Of a stretch of DNA of 64,000 nt, positions 60,009-64,000 are shown one piece after another. Within the stretch, counting starts at the first letter, position 1. Each line of letters starts with the position of its first letter. The stretch is from positions 363,059 to 427,058 of the forward strand of contig JBCNVI010000001.1 of assembly GCA_039630235.1 (NCBI GenBank), read 5' to 3'. This DNA comes from Candidatus Hydrothermales bacterium. Lineage in GTDB: Bacteria; Hydrothermota; Hydrothermia; Hydrothermales; JAJRUZ01. The notes below the pieces were generated by a model. It saw only the letters and a program-made list of their open reading frames with translations. It made no database searches and was not told where the DNA came from. The translations under genes were made by a program, and so were the position numbers.

Positions 60009-60912
60009 AAAAAAGCAATTACAAAGGAAGAAATAAAGGAAATCTTACTTGAATTAGGGGCACAGAGGGAAGAAAATAATGAAAGATTTGGGGAAATTAA
60101 TAAGAGGTTTGAAGAAATCAATAAAAGATTCGAAGATATTAATAGAAGATTCGAGGATATTAATAAAAGATTTGAAGCGGTTGATAGAAGGTTTGAGGAT
60201 ATCAATAGGAGATTTGAGGAAATTAACAAGAGGTTTGAAGAAGTTAATAGGAGATTTGAAGAACTTACTTTAAGGATGGAAAGCGGATTTAAGACTTTAA
60301 GAAAAGTAATTTCGGTAATTGGTTCAAGATGAGGAATGGGTGCAGAGGAAGCATTTAGAAAAGGTTTTGAAGAAATTTTATCTGAGCTTGATTATAAAGT
60401 TATAAAATGGAAAAAGTTTGATAAAAATTGTGAGTTTTTTATATATCCTCGCACTGCTGAAATAGATATAATCATAAAGGACAAAAGAAAAATAGCAATA
60501 GAGGTAAAGTCTTCTCTTACTGTCGGCGATGTTGAAAATTTTGAAAGGTCAATAAGATTCTATGAAAAAGAGGAGGGTGAAAAGATTGAAAAGAAGGGAA
60601 TTGTTTCAATTATTCCCCTCTCCTCAGGCAGTGGAATACGCTAGAGATTTAAATATAAGATTGATTAGAGGACTTGAAAAAGCAAAGGACTATTTCGAAG
60701 AAGATATAGGCTGAGACAAAGAGAAGTTTAAAAAAGATGTAGATATAAAGCTTATCTCCATATGATCTTATAAAACAGAGTATATTGTTGAAATTCTGAA
60801 ATTTTCTTTTGACGTATATAAACTTCTCACAAAAGCATACGATAAAGGCGATGAAAAGATACCAAAAAATTTCCCTTTCTTATTGAAATTCATTTGATGC
60901 AGGTTGCTATAA
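60009..60912 (+). pseudogene. Disrupted coiled-coil / putative PD-(D/E)xK (DUF3782-like) gene
   Basis: Frame 3 is open from 60009 but has no ATG, GTG or TTG. It encodes heptad repeats, then ...KVISVIGSR-TGA(60330)-GMGAEEAFRKGFEEIL...EIDIIIKDKRKIAIEVKSS (a D...E-x-K nuclease-like core). Protein-like sequence continues in frame 1 (SPQAVEYARDLNIRLIRGLEKAKDYFEEDIG-TGA-...) after an apparent shift in a C/T run near 60615, with two more in-frame TGAs. The family assignment is from memory. Confidence 0.4.
60078..60266 (+). repeat. Nine tandem copies of a 21-bp unit (consensus AATARRAGRTTYGARGAWRTT)
   Basis: Direct inspection: units begin at 60078, 60099, 60120, 60141, 60162, 60183, 60204, 60225 and 60246. 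One frame encodes the heptad (I/V)N(K/R)RFE(E/D) x9. The minus-strand ORF MLISSNLLL... is its low-complexity mirror. Confidence 0.9.
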
Positions 60913-60913
60913 T

Positions 60914-60990
60914 TTACAGGTCATAAAACTGGACAGTGACGGTAATAAAATATGGGATAAGACTTTGGGTGAAAATAAAAAAGAAATTTA
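60914..60990 (+). pseudogene. Second SBBP-repeat fragment
   Basis: Encodes LQVIKLDSDGNKIWDKTLGENKKEI*, which matches the inter-blade segment (vvKLdsdGnllWsktfGG) of SBBP repeats. It is separated from the first remnant by the coiled-coil/DUF3782-like gene. Confidence 0.35.
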
Positions 60991-61002
60991 GAACTTTGAA
61001 AA

Positions 61003-61563
61003 CTAATCTTTATAAAAATTGGGAAATACGGGATTAGATAGATAAACAAATAACAGTGTCTCTAATTTTTCTTCTATTTTCTTGCTTATACTCTTTACAT
61101 ATCCTACTTGTTCAAATACGACTTTTCCATCTCTATCAATTATCAAATGAGTTGGAAGGGCAAAGATTTTAAATTTCCTGTGAAGATAAGTATCATTAAT
61201 TGCTATAACATATTTAAAATCTCTCTTTTTAAAAAATTCTCTACTCTGCTTTTCCCTTCCCTTGTAATTGCAATAAACATAACTTTTTTATTATCCTTGA
61301 ACTTTCTAACTAACTTGTTAAGTTCCGAAATTTCCTCTTTACATGGTTTACATCCTGTACCTCCAAAAATTTAAAACTATTATCTTACCCTTGTTTTCTC
61401 TATACTTAAACACAGTCCCATCAAGTAAAGTTAACTCAAAATCTATTACTCTCTTTACTTTTTTAAAAATTTCCTCCTCAAATTTTTTTATTTCCCTCTC
61501 GTAATTTTTTCCACATATTTCCTTTAATGTATCCAGCTGAGTGGAATCACCATGATAAAACAC
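61003..61563 (-). pseudogene. TlpA/ResA-like thioredoxin-fold gene with at least two frameshifts
   Basis: Minus strand: MFYHGDSTQLDTLKEICGKNY...GKIIVLNFW, then a 1-nt shift into GTGCKPCKEEISELNKLVRKFKDNKKVMFIAITREGKS (CxxC active site), then a second shift into DFKYVIAINDTYLHRKFKIFALPTHLIIDRDGKVVFEQVGY. The ORF track shows only 71-aa and 88-aa pieces. Confidence 0.5.
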
Positions 61564-61592
61564 TAAATAAGGATAAGCAAGCTTTGACTTTT

Positions 61593-62566
61593 CTATTTCA
61601 CCTTTTTATACGCCATCCTTGCATATGAGCTTAAAACCTCCTGCTCAACCTCCTCTAAACTTTTACTCTCAACTATCTCTCCTATATAAAAATAGGCAGA
61701 ATCAAACTCATTTTTACTCTGATAAAATAAAGAAAGTTGAAAATACACACTTTCTTTTAACTCTGTCCCCCCATTTTGTTTTATATTTCTGAAAACTTTC
61801 ATAATTAAGATCATAAGGGTAATGATAAAAAGCAAAAGACCTCCTCACATAAATGGGGTCATTTAAAAGTTTCCTTGCCTTATGTAACCAGTAATGATAT
61901 AAATTTTTGTATTCCTCTTCTTCTAACCTGTAGCTTAACATATTCACATAAATAAGGATTTCTTCCAAATCCTCAAATCCTTCTTTTTCTCTTTCTCTAA
62001 GCCATTTAATCAAACTATCAGTGTGAAAATTAAGATAAATAAACTTTTGAGCCGAAAAAACTCTAAACTCAGGGATCAAAGGATCAATTTTCTTGTCTTT
62101 TATATACAAATAAAACTTTCCACTCTCCTCCTTTAAAAGATATTCATTAAGCTTATTTACAAAGTCATAGTGGTTTTTATAATGTTCTCTTTCTTTTAAA
62201 AGAAGTGCTTCAAATTTTTTAAAGTTAGGGAATAGAGATTTTTCATAAAAATAAGAAAAGGCAAGTAAAGAGAAGGCATGAGGCGCCGGCCTTTTTTCTA
62301 TATAGTATATTACATAAAACGTTGAGTCAAAAATGAATTTATCTTCAAAAAAGAAAATAATAAGGGCAGTATTCTTATCAGATGAAACTAAAGAGATTAC
62401 ACTTTTATTCTCAATTTTTTCTACATGAGAAATTAACCTATAAGGATCACCACCTGATAACTCAAGCCACCAAAAATAACCTGAAAATCTTTTGGATAAA
62501 GTTATAGTGATCGTATCATTAGGAGTTGGCCTTTCAGGATCTATCTCTAAGACAAATTTTTTTCAT
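61593..62566 (-). pseudogene. Hypothetical protein gene interrupted by frameshifts (A7 run after the ATG, and near 61800)
   Basis: Minus strand: ATG at 62566-62564 is followed by AAAAAAA. The long open frame (KKFVLEIDPERPTPNDTITITLSKRFSGYFWWLELSGGDPYRL...FYLYIKDKKID...) is -1 relative to that ATG and has no start of its own except an internal TTG. The C-terminal part switches frame again into the 61593..61835 ORF. Confidence 0.45.
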
Positions 62567-62706
62567 GTTTATAAGACAAAATAAAAAATATTGATAAAAT
62601 AAAAGATTTCATGCTGATTTATATTATAAGAGAACAGGCTTCTCTCCCTCTGTCTCTAGCCTATCTTTTCTGACCCTATTTTCTCTAAAATATTCTTTTA
62701 TCAGTC

Positions 62707-63807
62707 TTAAAAAACGTATCTTAATGAAAATCTGTAATTTTCAGTTTCAAAATCATAAATGGGAGAGTCAACACCTATATCAAAGTAAAACTTTCCAAGT
62801 CTTATCCCCCCTCCGTACATAAAGCCAATCCTCGCCCCCTCTATATCCAAAAAGTAACCGACCCTCAACGAAACAAAATTATAATAAGTAAACTCTAAAC
62901 CGTAGTGCTTCCAAGCCTCTGCCCAAACATAATTAAAGCCCTTTTCCTCCCAATCCTCAAAAAGCTTTACTAAAATCTTAGTTATATCTGAAGAAATCGT
63001 TAACTTTATAGCATCTGACGTATAAACCGGCAAAGCAACTCCTACTTTTAAAGTCCTTGGAAGCGGATCCTCTCCTCCACCCTTTCTTGTATACCTTATA
63101 CCAGGACCAAAATTTAAAAGAGAAAAACCAAAGGACATACCAGGCAAAAGCTTTGACTCCGGCCTAAAACTTAATTTGTATAAAAGCCCAAAATCAAAGG
63201 CATAGGTAATTCCAGTTCCCCCTCCACCTGACTCAGGAAAAACCCTTTTAACAAGCCAATCAGGAGCAAGAAAAGAATAAATAAACTTTGACCCTATACC
63301 GACACCTAAATCCTTAAAGACCCTGTAACCATAATTTAAAGTAACGGCAAAGTCAAAATTTACAAACCTTGCTATAGGCGCATCACTACCTTCTATATAA
63401 GCCTCTGTCTCCCCTGTAGTTAAATAAATGACATTTCCACCTATGGCACCTAGCTCACCAAGTGGATTAACAAAACCGAAAAACTCATAGTACATATCTG
63501 GCCAAAGCCCTGTCAGCCAGTTAGAATGCTGAAGCGAAACTTCAAGACTTTTTATAAAAGGCAAACCCCCTGGATTATAAAAAGTACAAGTAGCATCATC
63601 AGAAACAGCTGTAAAGGCAGCTCCCATACCTACTGCCCTTGCCCCAGGAAAAATCGTTAAAAACACAACAGCCGCATCATTAGCCGACGAAAAAAGAATA
63701 GAAGGCATCACTAAAAAATAAATAAACTTAGTTACCTTTTTCATAACCCTTTTAATTATAATTTTAAAATTTACTAAAATCAAACCTATGAAGATAATTG
63801 CACTCAT
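62707..63807 (-). CDS. PorV/PorQ-family outer-membrane beta-barrel protein (T9SS-associated)
   Basis: 366 aa with a signal peptide. FPGARAVGMGAAFTAVSDDATCTFYNPGGL matches the PorV/LptO family signature (GARA.GMGGAFtAvaDDasa.yWNPAGL). C-terminal ...RYVF. Confidence 0.6.
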   Translation of the reverse strand: MSAIIFIGLILVNFKIIIKRVMKKVTKFIYFLVMPSILFSSANDAAVVFLTIFPGARAVGMGAAFTAVSDDATCTFYNPGGLPFIKSLEVSLQHSNWLTGLWPDMYYEFFGFVNPLGELGAIGGNVIYLTTGETEAYIEGSDAPIARFVNFDFAVTLNYGYRVFKDLGVGIGSKFIYSFLAPDWLVKRVFPESGGGGTGITYAFDFGLLYKLSFRPESKLLPGMSFGFSLLNFGPGIRYTRKGGGEDPLPRTLKVGVALPVYTSDAIKLTISSDITKILVKLFEDWEEKGFNYVWAEAWKHYGLEFTYYNFVSLRVGYFLDIEGARIGFMYGGGIRLGKFYFDIGVDSPIYDFETENYRFSLRYVF

Positions 63808-64000
63808 TACAGATTTTGGTTATAACTCGCCCTACATAGGTTCAGTAAAAGCTAAAATTAAATCACTATCTAACGATAAAATCTATATTATTGATATTTT
63901 CCATGATATTGAAAGTTTTGATATTTTTTCTTGTGCCTACTGGATCTATTTTTTATATAGAGATTATCCTGAGGACACAGTGTTTCTCTGTGTTGTTGAT
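63787..64000 (+). CDS. SAM hydroxide adenosyltransferase-like (DUF62) protein, 5' partial
   Basis: MKIIALITDFGYNSPYIGSVKAKIKSL...IIDIFHDIESFDI matches the DUF62 family N-terminus (TDFG...PYVG.mKg.I). Runs off the window end. Confidence 0.55.

Noticed and set aside
59888-60229. Minus-strand ORF MLISSNLLLISSNLL... (113 aa)
   Set aside because: It is a low-complexity antisense translation of the 21-bp tandem repeat and has no independent coding signal.
59424-60332. Selenocysteine at the in-frame TGAs
   Set aside because: The positions align with Gly or Trp rather than redox Cys sites. The proteins are not of known selenoprotein families, and no SECIS-like hairpin follows the codons.
60562-60714. 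Independent ORF starting at ATG 60562 (MKKRRVKRLKRRELFQLFPSPQAVEYARDL...)
   Set aside because: The poly-basic N-terminus looks artefactual. The downstream part is better explained as the frameshifted C-terminus of the DUF3782-like gene. It cannot be excluded without a homology search.
1-64000. Genome-wide alternative genetic code (TGA as sense) suggested by the in-frame TGAs at 59.3-60.9 kb
   Set aside because: All large housekeeping ORFs are free of internal TGA. TGA serves as a stop in ATGA start/stop overlaps (for example 4022-4025, 3450-3453, 6041-6044) that separate distinct enzyme subunits. Any recoding would have to be local or foreign.
1-64000. CRISPR arrays, rRNA or tRNA genes
   Set aside because: No spaced direct repeats other than the 21-bp coding minisatellite, and no GC-rich structured RNA-like islands in intergenic regions.

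Overview
AT-rich (~30% GC), Lys/Glu/Ile-rich chromosome segment, likely from an uncultivated thermophile-like bacterium. A C-terminal-sorting-domain subtilase and a PorV-like protein suggest an FCB-group, T9SS-bearing lineage. Around 60 genes are dense and mostly intact. In window order they are: (i) a minus-strand operon joining a four-subunit 2-oxoacid:ferredoxin oxidoreductase (porDABG-like) to heterodisulfide-reductase-like hdrC-hdrB-hdrA, with an MvhD domain fused to HdrA and the gene running off the window start. (ii) A secreted S8 subtilase with a T9SS-like tail. (iii) A four-gene cluster of OMP, membrane protein, PTPS/QueD-like protein and an 887-aa M1-type metallopeptidase. (iv) Yip1, a GlcD-like FAD oxidase with no canonical start codon, and glutamate dehydrogenase, the last two separated by a strong bidirectional terminator. 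(v) A six-gene translationally coupled operon: roadblock/LC7 (MglB-like), a tandem DnaA-like AAA+ pseudodimer, a DUF4388-TPR protein, CheR, a 606-aa unknown protein and an M28 peptidase. (vi) rtcA, an AmmeMemoRadiSam-type radical SAM gene followed by an ABC-2 exporter, NhaC and a VIT-family protein. (vii) A glycogen cluster: two CBM48 lipoproteins, malQ, glgB, galT-like, GH57, glgA, glgC. (viii) An orphan nuoM-nuoN pair with tdh. (ix) An orphan V-type ATPase A subunit with a CoA-transferase and an alanine-dehydrogenase-family gene. (x) trkH and the 3' end of the ribosomal operon (rpmJ-rpsM-rpsK-rpsD-rpoA-rplQ). (xi) A ~3.4 kb patch (59.2-62.6 kb) of disrupted genes. It holds an SBBP-repeat lipoprotein remnant and a coiled-coil/DUF3782-like gene built on a 21-bp tandem repeat. 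It also holds a TlpA-like thioredoxin with frameshifts and a gene frameshifted at an A7 run. In this patch every internal stop in otherwise protein-like frames is TGA (6 of 6). (xii) A PorV-like outer-membrane protein and the start of a DUF62 SAM hydroxide adenosyltransferase-like gene. No rRNA, tRNA or CRISPR array was detected.
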